The position numbers and the translations under genes are program-made. Below, piece after piece: positions 11,001 through 20,750 of a stretch of DNA of 64,000 bases. This DNA is from a virus: the IMG/VR virus record IMGVR_UViG_3300027763_000026. One strand, written 5' to 3'. The notes beneath the pieces are model-generated. The model ran no database searches. It was not told the origin of the DNA and saw only the letters and a list, made by a program, of their open reading frames with translations. Position 1 is the stretch's first letter, and each line of letters starts with the position of its first letter.

Positions 11001-12817
11001 GTAACAAAGAATATTCCACCATCAACTGCTCCACCAGTAAGATTTAAAAGTAGATATGGACTTTGAACGCTAAAATTATTTGTGCTTACAACTGTTTGAG
11101 TTCCAGTAACAAAAAGATTATTAATGTAAACATTATCTCTAAAAGTTTTAACTCCGCCAATGCTTTGATCTCCATAAAGTAGAACTGAACTCCCGCTTAG
11201 AGAATTAATCTTCGTATCAAGATTTAAACCAGTAGAAGCAAGATTCGTGGCCAAAGTACTGCCAGTGCTTGCAAGATTTGAGATAGTAGCATAAGTAGAT
11301 GTTAGATTTCCACTCAATGATCCAATCTTATTGTCTAATGAGCTACCTGTTGAGCTTAAATTATTTGTTAATGTATTTATGTTATTTTGTAATGTAGATC
11401 CAGTGCTTGCAAGATTGCTTATGGTAGCATAAGTGCTAGTAAGAGTTCCGCTTAATGAATTAATGCTAGAATTTAAAGTTGAACCAGTTGAAGCTAGGTT
11501 AGTTATCGTAGCATAAGTAGATGTTAAAGTACCGCTAAGAGAACTGATTTTTTGTTCTAATGTATTTCCAGTACTAGCTAAATTTGTTATTGTAGCATAA
11601 GTTGAACTCGCTGTAGAAGAAGTTAGATAAGAACTAAGATCTACTCCAGTTATAAAACCACTAGGATTAGATTTGAGATAGTAATTTCCTGTTAATGTAC
11701 CGCTTAAACTATTAATGTTTTGAGAGAGTGTAGATCCTGTATTTTGTAATTGATTATCAGTTGCATATGTTGCATCAAGATTTCCAGTAAATCCAGTGAA
11801 AACAGAATTAAGAGAATTTATACTAGAAGTTAAAGTAGCGCCAGTAGATGCAAGATTAGTAATAGTTGCGTAGTTAGAAGTTAAGGTTCCGCTAAGTGAA
11901 TTTATATTATTATTTAATGTAGCGCCAGTTGAAGCTAAGTTTGTAATCGTAGCGTAATTAGATGTTAATGTACCACTTAATGAATTGATTGTACCAACTA
12001 AACTAGAACCCGTATTTGAAAGATTTGTTATTGTAGCGTAATTACTTGTAAGAGTTCCGCTTAAAGAATTAATATTAGAGTTTAAAGTATTTCCTGTAGA
12101 ATTTAAATTTGTTATTGTAGCATAAGTATTAGATGCAACATTTGTTGTGAGATAATTTCCAGTTAAAGTTCCACTAAGTGAAGTTATTTTATTTTCTAAA
12201 TTTGAACCAGTAGAATTTAAATTAGATGAAAGTGTATTTATGTTACTTTGAAGAGAAGATCCAGTTGAAATTAAATTATTTGATAAATTTCTGTCTTGAG
12301 AATTTACATAGCCACTTAGGTTATCTATTTTCGTATCAAGCGTAGAGCCAGTAGCTGTTAAACTACTTATAGTAGAATATGTTGAAGTTAATGTGCCACT
12401 TAATGAATTTATGCTGCTAACAAGAGTTGATCCAGTCGTAGCAAGTTGACTATCAGTTGCGTAAGTTGCGTCTAAAGTTCCAGTGTATCCAGTAAACAAT
12501 CCACTTAAAGAGTTTATTGAAGTATTTAAATTGGCGCCAGTTAAATTTAAATTAGTTGTTAATGAGTTTATTGCTGATTGGAAATACCCACTATTACCAG
12601 AAACAAATATAGTATTTATTCCGCTATTAAAAACTCTGACTCCATCCGTTCCGCTTATATAAATGTATTCGTTGGAAATCCCATTGATTGCTGTGGGCAA
12701 ACCCCTTGGTCCTTGAGGCCCAGGAATTGAAATATTTGTAGCTAAAGCTTGTGTTGGTGATGCTATATCAACATTTATTGCACTTGGCAAATTAACATCT
12801 ACATTAATATCTGCCAT
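8075..12817 (-). CDS. Long fibre protein with repeated coiled-coil-like stalk units and inserted modules
   Basis: 1580 aa; many TYATITNLASTGSTL..INSLSG repeats, GNQTISG.KTF motifs, short GPQGPRG collagen-like piece. Confidence 0.8.
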   Translation of the reverse strand: MADINVDVNLPSAINVDIASPTQALATNISIPGPQGPRGLPTAINGISNEYIYISGTDGVRVFNSGINTIFVSGNSGYFQSAINSLTTNLNLTGANLNTSINSLSGLFTGYTGTLDATYATDSQLATTGSTLVSSINSLSGTLTSTYSTISSLTATGSTLDTKIDNLSGYVNSQDRNLSNNLISTGSSLQSNINTLSSNLNSTGSNLENKITSLSGTLTGNYLTTNVASNTYATITNLNSTGNTLNSNINSLSGTLTSNYATITNLSNTGSSLVGTINSLSGTLTSNYATITNLASTGATLNNNINSLSGTLTSNYATITNLASTGATLTSSINSLNSVFTGFTGNLDATYATDNQLQNTGSTLSQNINSLSGTLTGNYYLKSNPSGFITGVDLSSYLTSSTASSTYATITNLASTGNTLEQKISSLSGTLTSTYATITNLASTGSTLNSSINSLSGTLTSTYATISNLASTGSTLQNNINTLTNNLSSTGSSLDNKIGSLSGNLTSTYATISNLASTGSTLATNLASTGLNLDTKINSLSGSSVLLYGDQSIGGVKTFRDNVYINNLFVTGTQTVVSTNNFSVQSPYLLLNLTGGAVDGGIFFVTGSGLTGINDSGPIIGFDHSNKFKFGVSTRNSDLSTLPDIASVQDITTYSGFVDGKYSTIINLASTGSTLSTNLASTGSTLQTNINNLSNTYATITNLGLTGSTLVTNLASTGLTLDTKINNLSGYINSTSSNIVFTTGNQTISGVKSFAQDTTFGDSAQGDFLVISGNNFTVYGSGNFTSGLFVNGNAVLTGVDLTPYATVTNLASTGSTLNNNIVSLSGLFTGFTGNLDTTFASDIQLANTGSTLVASISSLSGTLTSTYATITNLATTGSTLDVKINNLSGYINSSSSNIVYTTGNQTISGIKSFATGIDIINSGNPQSLRVFNRTGTNSGEFGVFGWQNNNLIIGSQATNSGILRNTILTGVTDIFGPPSQNINISAFTSGTAVPGFGSALANNINLTAGTGMAPFTSASIYGTISAIGNIDINNISSPRVAKSINIYRTGISSIGLPGIYSAITIDNDNISINNPPVSSPSNNFGFRISGVAVTPALYATSANLASTGSTLQTNIDNLSNTYATISNVALTGTTLVTNLASTGSTLNSSISSLSGTLTSTYATISNLASTGSTLATNLAATGATLQTNINNLSGYINSSSSNIVFTTGNQIISGLKTFNNGLSTSYISGIFGSTLNIIAGSGVGASSINASDLILMGGSLSGVAPNILKTGASITIGGAKTSATADITIKPSIDQNGAAGNIVLEAGVSTSYNGKINMFGDININGTSDGGTALSSKNINIYRRGDFFGSPSQRLAVSIDNNNVNFQNGMGLQVSGVQVTPALYATSANLVSTGSTLNSNINSLSGTLTGNYLTTSSASSTYATITNLASTGSTLQTNINNLSNSYATITNLASTGSTLVNSIGSLSGTLTSNYSTITNLASTGSTLDTKINNLSGVSVLRFGDQTISGNKTFINNISVSGTGTFFDTSIFVDEMTVSGMNLTVANGTGIFSFLNISGNYDIYSQIENSKKLALAYAIAL

Positions 12818-12821
12818 AAAA

Positions 12822-13166
12822 TTATCTCGTTACTTCTGGTAAAATTGTAAATTTTCCTTGCATTAGTTTTATGCTATTTCCATTTAATATTCCAGATGGA
12901 TATCTTTCAATATCATAAACGTGATCAGATATTGGAATATCTGCAGAGATATATGAGTTGATATTAATAGCCATCGTTCCAGCTGACACGCTTATTATGG
13001 TTGGATTTAAATCCAATAAAACTCCTGTAGAGCCATAACTAGACCTAACCTGCCCACGGACACCATAGCCGTCTAAACTAAGTGCTGTTCCATTACTATC
13101 TTTTAAATTTAATGTTAATTGTATATGGTCGCCTTGATAACCAGTGATATTATAAAATGTTGCCAT
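12822..13166 (-). CDS. BppU-N-like / adaptor beta-sandwich structural protein
   Basis: QGD...L.L.LKD..G..L.L.GY..RGQVR..HVYDIE pattern; start at 13166 placed by the GTGTAA motif. Confidence 0.6.
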   Translation of the reverse strand: MATFYNITGYQGDHIQLTLNLKDSNGTALSLDGYGVRGQVRSSYGSTGVLLDLNPTIISVSAGTMAININSYISADIPISDHVYDIERYPSGILNGNSIKLMQGKFTILPEVTR

Positions 13167-13206
13167 GTAAAATATTACACAGAACAATTATTTTATCGAA
13201 ATAGAA

Positions 13207-13545
13207 TTAACGACCTTCGGAAAGAGTATCTTTTGCAGCTTTAGAAAGAGGCTTGTTTGTTTGAATATTTTTTTTAACTGTATACTGAGAAGAGTATTTT
13301 AAAAATTCTCTTTTTAATCTCAAGCACAAAGAAGTTCTGTCGTCAATTGGCATAAGACCAATTTTAACTGCATGGGCTTGAAGATCAGTTTTATTTAAAT
13401 TAGTAAGATACTCAGAATATTTTTCTGGGTCTAAAGTACCATACTTACTTTTACCACTATCACCCCAGATTTGATCAAGAGTAACTGGATTTTCTATTTT
13501 TCCGTGCGTTTGATGTAGTTTGTCTAATTTTAATTTTTTTGCCAT
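13207..13545 (-). CDS. Hypothetical protein
   Basis: 112-aa basic ORF downstream of the capsid gene terminator. Confidence 0.65.
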   Translation of the reverse strand: MAKKLKLDKLHQTHGKIENPVTLDQIWGDSGKSKYGTLDPEKYSEYLTNLNKTDLQAHAVKIGLMPIDDRTSLCLRLKREFLKYSSQYTVKKNIQTNKPLSKAAKDTLSEGR

Positions 13546-13595
13546 AATATTGTCCTTAATAGATTATATCAGATAAAACATCATATCTCTAATAA

Positions 13596-13633
13596 AAAAG
13601 AAAAACCCAAGGGGATAAACCCTTGGGCTTTTC
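13596..13633 (-). terminator. Intrinsic terminator after the major capsid gene
   Basis: CCCAAGGG/CCCTTGGG hairpin with an A-run on the plus strand (U-tract on the minus strand). Confidence 0.75.
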
Positions 13634-13653
13634 AATTTTCTAATATTTAAATA

Positions 13654-14745
13654 TTAGTCGTTTGCTACGATTAGTCCTGCAACTGCACGACCATCGAGAC
13701 ATACGCGGCCTTCTTCGAGGGATCCATAGAATCCGACTTTGTCAGCGCGAGTTGTGAATTGATCGTCTGGAAGAGCAGTGAATGTTCCACCAGTTTCGCT
13801 ATTGCGAGCAACTGGACGAACAAATGCATCTTTAGATAGATCAAGACCAACTAGAATCTCGTCACCATCTGTACCAGAAGCTTCATTAAAGTTTGGTGTA
13901 CCGCCTTCAGTACCATTATAGAAGCTATTGAATAGGGTGTTATATTTTCTTGCAACACCAAACTCAACGAGCTCATGAATGGATATACCATAGATCTCTT
14001 GAGTTCCAGCATTACGATAAATATCTTCACGAACACCAGCTGGAAGATCTGTACTTTGTGATGCTCCTACTGGGTTATAAGCGAATGCACGGATGTCAGC
14101 TTTGATCTCAGGACTTACAAACAAGTCAGTTAGACCATAGGAACTATCAGTTGTACCCGCAGCATAAGAGGTATTGATTCTCTTCACTAGGGTCATTAGA
14201 CTGTTTAATCCGCCAAGCGTTAGTGCGCCGCCAGTGACTCTCTCTATTTGAGTAGAACCATTGCTTCGTGCTTCAGCGAGTGCTTTTAGAACTACTGCCC
14301 AAGCATTACGTTCTTGTTTTACAAGAATTTCATTGGTCATACGCTCTACGGCTTTGCTAACAACATCGAGACGAGCACGACGAACATATCTTTTTAGCAT
14401 TGAAACTGCGCTATCCAAACGATAGGTTGACACCTTCAATTCGCTAAAGCCTTCTACGTTAGAAGTGGGAAGACCACCTGCAACATTTTGGCTCCATACG
14501 GTTGTGTAGCCTTCGCCTTCTCCAACCCAAAGGTCTAGAGGAATAGAAGGATTATCATCTTCGTCAAAAGCAAGATCGGTATAAACTGCACTAGCAGTTC
14601 CAGCTTGCATTAGCACTTTGCTAACGACTGGTCCGATAAATGCTGCGAACGCTTGAGTTGCTTCTCTGGCTACATTGGTATCTTTACTACCCATAGCTTT
14701 GATTAGTTCAACTTGTTCTGGAGTATTTTTTAATTTTAATTTCAT
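13654..14745 (-). CDS. Major capsid protein
   Basis: 363 aa; position after protease/scaffold and a small head gene, followed by a terminator; C-terminal VGFYGSLEEGRVCLDGRA resembles HK97-fold capsid ends. Confidence 0.75.
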   Translation of the reverse strand: MKLKLKNTPEQVELIKAMGSKDTNVAREATQAFAAFIGPVVSKVLMQAGTASAVYTDLAFDEDDNPSIPLDLWVGEGEGYTTVWSQNVAGGLPTSNVEGFSELKVSTYRLDSAVSMLKRYVRRARLDVVSKAVERMTNEILVKQERNAWAVVLKALAEARSNGSTQIERVTGGALTLGGLNSLMTLVKRINTSYAAGTTDSSYGLTDLFVSPEIKADIRAFAYNPVGASQSTDLPAGVREDIYRNAGTQEIYGISIHELVEFGVARKYNTLFNSFYNGTEGGTPNFNEASGTDGDEILVGLDLSKDAFVRPVARNSETGGTFTALPDDQFTTRADKVGFYGSLEEGRVCLDGRAVAGLIVAND

Positions 14746-14765
14746 TTTAATTTTCCTTTATAAAA

Positions 14766-15311
14766 TTAGAGTTCAATCTTGAGAAGAGCAACGCCATTAG
14801 CGTCACGATCACCAAGAAGTTTTCCTACTCTTGTACCGCCAGTGTTTGTGGTTGACAAATCACCTGCGACAGTAGCATGTAGATAAACATTATCACCAGC
14901 TGAACCAGCAGCTAGTCCACTAAATAGAACTACGCCACGAGTTAAAACTGGAACTGCTTGACCACTTATTACAACGCCCATTTCAGCGGCTTTGCGTGGA
15001 TTGAAAACTAGTTTTTCACCATTTTCATCTAATTCACGAACGTCCATAAGTGTCAATCCGATAACTTTATCACCAGAAACAGCAGCAGCTACTTTTGGTA
15101 CTACGCCATAACGTTGTGATACAGTATTTGAGTAAGAAGCACCAGGTCCGCCTAGCATTTCTACTGGATTAGCTGAATCGGCTTTGAAGCCAGCGCCTGC
15201 GATTTTAACTGCGGCACCTTTTTGAACAAGAGTACTATCTCCGCTATATGCGAAGAAGTTAATAACATCATGTTCGTTATATTGTGTCAATGGTCTTAAA
15301 TTATGAGCCAT
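14766..15311 (-). CDS. Head decoration/cement protein
   Basis: 181-aa G/A/V-rich protein between scaffold and capsid genes. Confidence 0.6.
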   Translation of the reverse strand: MAHNLRPLTQYNEHDVINFFAYSGDSTLVQKGAAVKIAGAGFKADSANPVEMLGGPGASYSNTVSQRYGVVPKVAAAVSGDKVIGLTLMDVRELDENGEKLVFNPRKAAEMGVVISGQAVPVLTRGVVLFSGLAAGSAGDNVYLHATVAGDLSTTNTGGTRVGKLLGDRDANGVALLKIEL

Positions 15312-15327
15312 ATTGTTTTCTCCTTAT

Positions 15328-16881
15328 TTATTTTTTGATGTCAAATCCTTCCAAACTAAAGGCTTTAGCATACTTTTCTTGTACACTTTGCTCTGTAGCA
15401 GGGCTGGAATTTGGTATTTCAACGGAAGCTTTGGTTCCATTGTCAACAGCTTGTTCTACAACTTCTTGGGTTGTAGGAACTTGTGTTACTTCTTCGGAAG
15501 CTTTTACTTCTTCGGAAATTGTTGAAGCTTTCATGGCTTCTTTTTCTTTAGAATCTTCTTTGTCCATTTTTGCTTTTTTGGCAGCTTTATTCTTTTCTTT
15601 CATTAGGACGGATATTTTATTTTTATAAGCAGAGAAAGATTCATCATTCATGTCTTTGATATCTGCTGCTAAAACTTTACGCTCTTCATCGTCAAGTTCA
15701 TATTCTTCATCAAGAGCGGCCATACGCATACTAAATGCTTCTTCTTTAGCTTTAGCTTCTTGCTCTGCTTGAATTGCTGCGAGCTTTTCATTTAGTTCTT
15801 GAACTTGCTTTTTAACAACTTCATGTTCTGCTGTTACGGTAGCAATTTTTTCACCAGCAGCTTTAAGTTCATTTTCTTTTTCTGCTTTTTCTGCTAAGAA
15901 TGTATCGTTAGCTTTCTTGATTTCCTCTGAAATAAATTCGACCACAGAACTAGCTGTAGCTTCTTTAAGCAGGGAATCAGTAATATCTTCAATTTTAGTT
16001 ATTTTCATATATATCCTCTCTTTTTTTACATTCAATTTTTCCTCTTGGGAAGTATTATTTTCTGAAGCTACCATAGGCTGTTGGCCTATTTCAGCAACAT
16101 TTTCTTGAGCTTTTACACCTATTTGAATTGTTTCTTCTGAAGGAGTGGCTATTCCCTGAACATCGGCCGCAGGATTTAATGTAAATCCAACACCTAGAGG
16201 AACAACGTTGCCCGAAACTTGTCTATAAATTGATTTGTTATTATCTAGTTTTCCAGATCCACCAAAACCGCGAAGATTATTTTTATATTTTTCAATCTCA
16301 ACCGAGTCTGATATAATTTCGCCATTCTCTATATTTTTTTCTGCACTATCTAGAACAATAAGGTTATAATCATTAAATCCTAATTCCCAAGAAGCAGATA
16401 TACTCATGTAGCTATTACTAGTTGGATCATTAGATTCTTCAATTTGATCTGCAAGGTCTTGATTTACTATCTTCCAAATAACGCCACCTAAAGTAATATT
16501 AAATGGCTCTTTCATAGTCTTGACTTCTTCTGCTGCAAGGCTTTCGTTACTACCAAATTTGCTGAAGCTAGCAGACAATATACAACCTATTACTTGGTTT
16601 CTATTATGTTCGATGTTAATTGGTTTGTTAGCAAAATTTTTAGCTATTCTTGCTGCGGTTTGGCTATCAATAACATCGCCATTTTTATTGACTCTATTAA
16701 CAACGCAAGCATCAAAAGCTACAGGAAGAAGATCTACGTTCTCTTCTGTATTAATATTAGGCAAGAATTTTTTTAATTTTTCTAATGAAGCTACAGAAAG
16801 ATATTTATCTTTTTCTTCACTCACAACTGGTCTAATTTTAATGTTAGAAAATGTAGTTAAAAATTTTGTTTGTTTTTTCAT
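15328..16881 (-). CDS. Prohead protease fused to a coiled-coil scaffold
   Basis: NKNGD..D, KPINIEH, SASWE protease-type motifs, then a long charged helical C-terminal half. Confidence 0.75.
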   Translation of the reverse strand: MKKQTKFLTTFSNIKIRPVVSEEKDKYLSVASLEKLKKFLPNINTEENVDLLPVAFDACVVNRVNKNGDVIDSQTAARIAKNFANKPINIEHNRNQVIGCILSASFSKFGSNESLAAEEVKTMKEPFNITLGGVIWKIVNQDLADQIEESNDPTSNSYMSISASWELGFNDYNLIVLDSAEKNIENGEIISDSVEIEKYKNNLRGFGGSGKLDNNKSIYRQVSGNVVPLGVGFTLNPAADVQGIATPSEETIQIGVKAQENVAEIGQQPMVASENNTSQEEKLNVKKERIYMKITKIEDITDSLLKEATASSVVEFISEEIKKANDTFLAEKAEKENELKAAGEKIATVTAEHEVVKKQVQELNEKLAAIQAEQEAKAKEEAFSMRMAALDEEYELDDEERKVLAADIKDMNDESFSAYKNKISVLMKEKNKAAKKAKMDKEDSKEKEAMKASTISEEVKASEEVTQVPTTQEVVEQAVDNGTKASVEIPNSSPATEQSVQEKYAKAFSLEGFDIKK

Positions 16882-16884
16882 AAT

Positions 16885-17370
16885 TTATATTATATTTGTG
16901 TCTAAGCCGTAGATTACACTATCTTCTTCATCATCTAAATATAATTCGTCAATTGAAGTAAATTCAAAATCGTTTAAATTAAAATTATTAATATCTTCGT
17001 TTGCTTTATTTACATCTTCCATAGAGGGATTAAAGCTAGCTTCAATAATATATTTATTATTAATCGCTTTTGAAAGATTAATGTTAGATCCAACATAAGC
17101 AGAGATTCCGCTAACCATTCTTAGAAACATATTAACTCTGGCTAAAGCTAATTGATTGAAATTTTTATCTGATGGAGTATTTCGGTATACTTTTTTAACT
17201 TGATTTATATTTACTTTTTTATTATTTTGTGAATTATGAGATTTTACTTTATCTTGAAGAGTAGCTAATATTTTTTTAGAGAACTCAACTGTTTTATCAT
17301 TTTTAATTACGTCTTTTGGTCCTGAGACAATATTAGACTCAAAACCAAGCTTATCTTGATTGATGCTCAT
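16885..17370 (-). CDS. Hypothetical head-region protein
   Basis: 161-aa ORF with LARVNMFLRM motif; GTGTAT variant motif upstream. Confidence 0.65.
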   Translation of the reverse strand: MSINQDKLGFESNIVSGPKDVIKNDKTVEFSKKILATLQDKVKSHNSQNNKKVNINQVKKVYRNTPSDKNFNQLALARVNMFLRMVSGISAYVGSNINLSKAINNKYIIEASFNPSMEDVNKANEDINNFNLNDFEFTSIDELYLDDEEDSVIYGLDTNII

Positions 17371-17409
17371 CTATATATTATACACTAGAAAAGATATATA
17401 TGATTAAAA

Positions 17410-17559
17410 TTACTTCTTATAAAGCTCTTTACTAACATCATCAGCAGAACCCATAGTTGGTGTTTCTGGGTATTTAGTTGGTAATTCTCGACTATCAATA
17501 TTTTGTTCTGAACAAGATATTAATAAAAATAGCGGCAATATTAATATCAATTTTTTCAT
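17410..17559 (-). CDS. Small lipoprotein (not in ORF track), possible spanin-like
   Basis: Manually read MKKLILILPLFLLISC|SEQN..., 49 aa, with lipobox; GTGTAA 8 nt upstream. Confidence 0.7.
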   Translation of the reverse strand: MKKLILILPLFLLISCSEQNIDSRELPTKYPETPTMGSADDVSKELYKK

Positions 17560-17567
17560 AAAGATTA

Positions 17568-18191
17568 TTACACTAATGATTGTTCTATTAATTTAGCTTC
17601 TGCGTCTCTTCTTCTGCTCATTCCTTTTTCTATACTTCCGCCAATCCAGATTCTTTTCATACTTCTTATTTGATTAGCGATAAAGGTTAATGCTTTTTGA
17701 TCATAATTAGATACTAATTTCATACCATCTCTTATTAATTTCATCTCGCGGCGACGATCACCTTCTAAAGCTGCTCCTCTATTAAATACAAGACTAACTA
17801 ATCCACCTTTTGCATCTTCTGGAAGATTATCAAAATTCGGAAAAGTTTGGCGCGTTAAATTATAGAACTTAGTTACTGTTTTGTTATTAAATACTTTAAG
17901 TGCAAGATCCCAAGGAATAGTTATATCTTTTAATCCTCTAATAAGATTCTTTGCGTTGTATCCTTTGATACCAACAACTTTATATAATCTATCAAAAATT
18001 TCTTTAGGAAGATCTTTCCAGTCTTCGCTAAATTCAGTTTTATTTACATAACCCAAATCATAACCAACACCAATTGTAACTCCGCTTTGACCTTCGGGCC
18101 AAGCTGGATTTTTTAAAAATTTATTATAATAGTTTTCTCCACCACCAACTTCAAATTCTAATATAAGATCTAAGGATTTTTTACTTAACAT
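17568..18191 (-). CDS. Endolysin, lysozyme-like (pesticin/GH24-type)
   Basis: FEVGG..SGVTIGVGYDLG and LVSLVFNRG..GL.RRR.AEA-like motifs. Confidence 0.8.
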   Translation of the reverse strand: MLSKKSLDLILEFEVGGGENYYNKFLKNPAWPEGQSGVTIGVGYDLGYVNKTEFSEDWKDLPKEIFDRLYKVVGIKGYNAKNLIRGLKDITIPWDLALKVFNNKTVTKFYNLTRQTFPNFDNLPEDAKGGLVSLVFNRGAALEGDRRREMKLIRDGMKLVSNYDQKALTFIANQIRSMKRIWIGGSIEKGMSRRRDAEAKLIEQSLV

Positions 18192-18198
18192 AATTTAA

Positions 18199-19383
18199 TT
18201 AAACTGCATTTACAATGAATCTAATTGTATAGTTTACTGATGTAGCTGTTGAATTAGTTATTTTTAAAGTATATGTTCCTGCAGCATAAGGATGTGCGCT
18301 GCTTAATATATATTGACCTTGTTGATTTTGGCCAAAATTTTGTTGAGATAATATATTAGATTCTACCCATGTACTTCCAGATCTAATAGCAATAGATGAA
18401 TCTATGTTTGAAGGTGAATATCCACCTGAATCCAAAGCAAAATATATTTTATAACCATTGGCAATTGTAAATGTCCAATAATGATTAGTGTTAGTTAAAA
18501 AATTTAATATATATCCAATTCGATCTAAAGGATTACCAAGATATGAAATAGTTTGCGGCATTCCAGGAGATTCAGAATTACCAGAATAAACATTAAAACC
18601 AATACCTAACGGAGTGGCTATAAGAGAAGGAGCAGGAGCTATGCTAGATTTAAATAAATTTATTTTTCCACTATTATATTTTTGTATAATTGCTCCGCCA
18701 CCAACTGGTACTGAAGTTATATTATCTGTTGTTATTTCTATAATAGAATTATTTGGTATAATGTAATTATTAGCATTTGGGCTAAAATCGCTATAAATCC
18801 ATTCTGATCCATCAAAATAAAAAGATAGTTGTTCTCCATTTGGGGTATAAATATTAAGTATATCTTGATATGGAGCATTAAATAAACTTGGATTAAATAC
18901 TATTCCTAAAAGATTAGTTGTTGCTGATTTAAATATATAACGATTATTTGGGTATACATCAATTTCAATTTGAAATGGAATTAATATACTTAAGTTTTGT
19001 TTTTTAATAGTAGTTCTACCTAGACCAGTATATTTTTGAACTAAATTTGTGCCTTGCATTGTAAAGGTTTTAGTACTTACAGACTGAAGAACTATGATTG
19101 AATTATTTGGTATAATAGTATTATTTTCAGCAGTTACACCTCCAGCTTTTCTCCAAGTCACTCCATCTCCTCGAAGAAAGTAAGTAAGAAAAGCGTTGAC
19201 ATTTATATCATATATCAAAATACTATCAGCTAATGCAAAATTATTATTTCCAGTAAGTTCTGCTGAATTTAAAAATATGCTGATTGTATTATTGCTACCT
19301 CCAAGAAAAATATGAGCATCCGATCCAGAAACAGAAGCTCTTATATTTGTAATATATTTTTTATTTAAACTTAAACGACCCAT
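18199..19383 (-). CDS. Hypothetical, probably virion protein with an internal duplicated module
   Basis: 394 aa; IIPNNSII motif occurs twice. Confidence 0.65.
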   Translation of the reverse strand: MGRLSLNKKYITNIRASVSGSDAHIFLGGSNNTISIFLNSAELTGNNNFALADSILIYDINVNAFLTYFLRGDGVTWRKAGGVTAENNTIIPNNSIIVLQSVSTKTFTMQGTNLVQKYTGLGRTTIKKQNLSILIPFQIEIDVYPNNRYIFKSATTNLLGIVFNPSLFNAPYQDILNIYTPNGEQLSFYFDGSEWIYSDFSPNANNYIIPNNSIIEITTDNITSVPVGGGAIIQKYNSGKINLFKSSIAPAPSLIATPLGIGFNVYSGNSESPGMPQTISYLGNPLDRIGYILNFLTNTNHYWTFTIANGYKIYFALDSGGYSPSNIDSSIAIRSGSTWVESNILSQQNFGQNQQGQYILSSAHPYAAGTYTLKITNSTATSVNYTIRFIVNAV

Positions 19384-19388
19384 TTTAT

Positions 19389-19805
19389 TTAATTATTAAT
19401 TTTATCTATGGTCTTGTCTATGATGTTATCTGCTGGGACTTTTTCTTTTAACCAACTATTAAGTACTCCAAAATAAACAAGATGTTCACTACTAATAAGG
19501 AACAATTCATTGCCAAAATTATCTTTGTAAGGAGTGATTCCAGCGTCTTCAGTTAGATCAATTGCTTTTTCTTTTTTGAATTTGATTCTATACATTTTAA
19601 TTAGATTATTATATCGTTCGCGCGCTTGACGAGTAATAAGAGCATCATCACCAACAAAAGAAATTAATCCACCATTATCTTTATCATATTGCTTTGGAGT
19701 AGTTGCATCATAAGATGATTTGTCATCTTGTATTTTATTTGGTGTCACGGTAACACATCCAACAAGAAAAAAATTAAGAACTAATATGCTTGCGAGCTTG
19801 TTCAA
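19389..19805 (-). CDS. Lipoprotein, putative o-spanin
   Basis: Signal peptide with LVGC lipobox; overlaps the preceding small gene. Confidence 0.6.
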   Translation of the reverse strand: MNKLASILVLNFFLVGCVTVTPNKIQDDKSSYDATTPKQYDKDNGGLISFVGDDALITRQARERYNNLIKMYRIKFKKEKAIDLTEDAGITPYKDNFGNELFLISSEHLVYFGVLNSWLKEKVPADNIIDKTIDKINN

Positions 19806-19974
19806 GGTCTTTGTCCTTTACTGCATGTTCAATTCCACTTTGATGGTCAACTTCTTTTTGAGCTTCTTGACGATCTTTCATTTCTTTTGTGTTCTTTGCT
19901 CCGAACACGTTATTGATTGCTGCGAATATTCCAGATACTGCCGAAAGTAAAGCTTGGAGTATTCCAGTTGGCAT
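19774..19974 (-). CDS. Putative i-spanin-like protein
   Basis: N-terminal hydrophobic helix (MPTGILQALLSAVSGIFAAI) followed by a charged coiled segment. Confidence 0.5.
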   Translation of the reverse strand: MPTGILQALLSAVSGIFAAINNVFGAKNTKEMKDRQEAQKEVDHQSGIEHAVKDKDLEQARKHISS

Positions 19975-19976
19975 AA

Positions 19977-20426
19977 TTACTCTACGTAACTTGCTGTTGC
20001 ATCTTTGCATCCAGAAGCAATAGCGTTAAGTACCTTTACTGCAAGAGCACCATTTCCATTTAGTCTAGCAAATTGTTGAGCATAAAGATCTTTGATTACA
20101 GTAACATAATTTGCCCAATGAGTTTTTTCTGCTGGAAGATAATCATTAAGAGCTTTTTGTAGTTGTTCTGGAGTTGGAGTATTTCCAGCTGTTAATCCTT
20201 CTACAATTGCTGCAACATGATTAATCATCTTAGCTTTTTCAATTCTATCATTACCAGAAACTGCTTGATCAAGAACAACAGTACAAGCTAATACTACTGC
20301 TGGCTTAACATAAGGAAGAGTATTTTCAACACTTGTTGCAACATCAACTTTTCCAGTATTGGTTGTGGCACAAGCTCCAAGAAATACGCTCAAAAGAGCA
20401 ACTGCGGCTAATTGTAATTTATTCAT
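19977..20426 (-). CDS. Lipoprotein
   Basis: MNKLQLAAVALLSVFLGAC lipobox. Confidence 0.7.
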   Translation of the reverse strand: MNKLQLAAVALLSVFLGACATTNTGKVDVATSVENTLPYVKPAVVLACTVVLDQAVSGNDRIEKAKMINHVAAIVEGLTAGNTPTPEQLQKALNDYLPAEKTHWANYVTVIKDLYAQQFARLNGNGALAVKVLNAIASGCKDATASYVE

Positions 20427-20704
20427 ATATTTTCTCCAGTTCTTTTTTCTGCTTCGATTGTTTGAGCTACTGTTCCACCAGTAACTGCTGAGTCTTTTAC
20501 TGTGAGTGCAAAAACTATACCAGAAACGACGGCAACTAATTTTGAAATTCCAATAATATAAACTTCTGCGATATCTGGAAGAAATGCTACCAATGAAGGA
20601 TCAGAGTGAATTGCTATTGCAGTGGTAATTGCTACTACTGTGGTAACTCCAGAAGTGGAAGATCTCCAATTGGCGCCAAAGATTTTAGATAGCATAGTTT
20701 TCAT
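20423..20704 (-). CDS. Putative holin
   Basis: 93 aa, two hydrophobic segments, charged C-terminus, first gene of the lysis-like cluster. Confidence 0.6.
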   Translation of the reverse strand: MKTMLSKIFGANWRSSTSGVTTVVAITTAIAIHSDPSLVAFLPDIAEVYIIGISKLVAVVSGIVFALTVKDSAVTGGTVAQTIEAEKRTGENI

Positions 20705-20750
20705 AAAGGATTACACTATATTATATAGTTATAATTTTAAAATCTAATAA

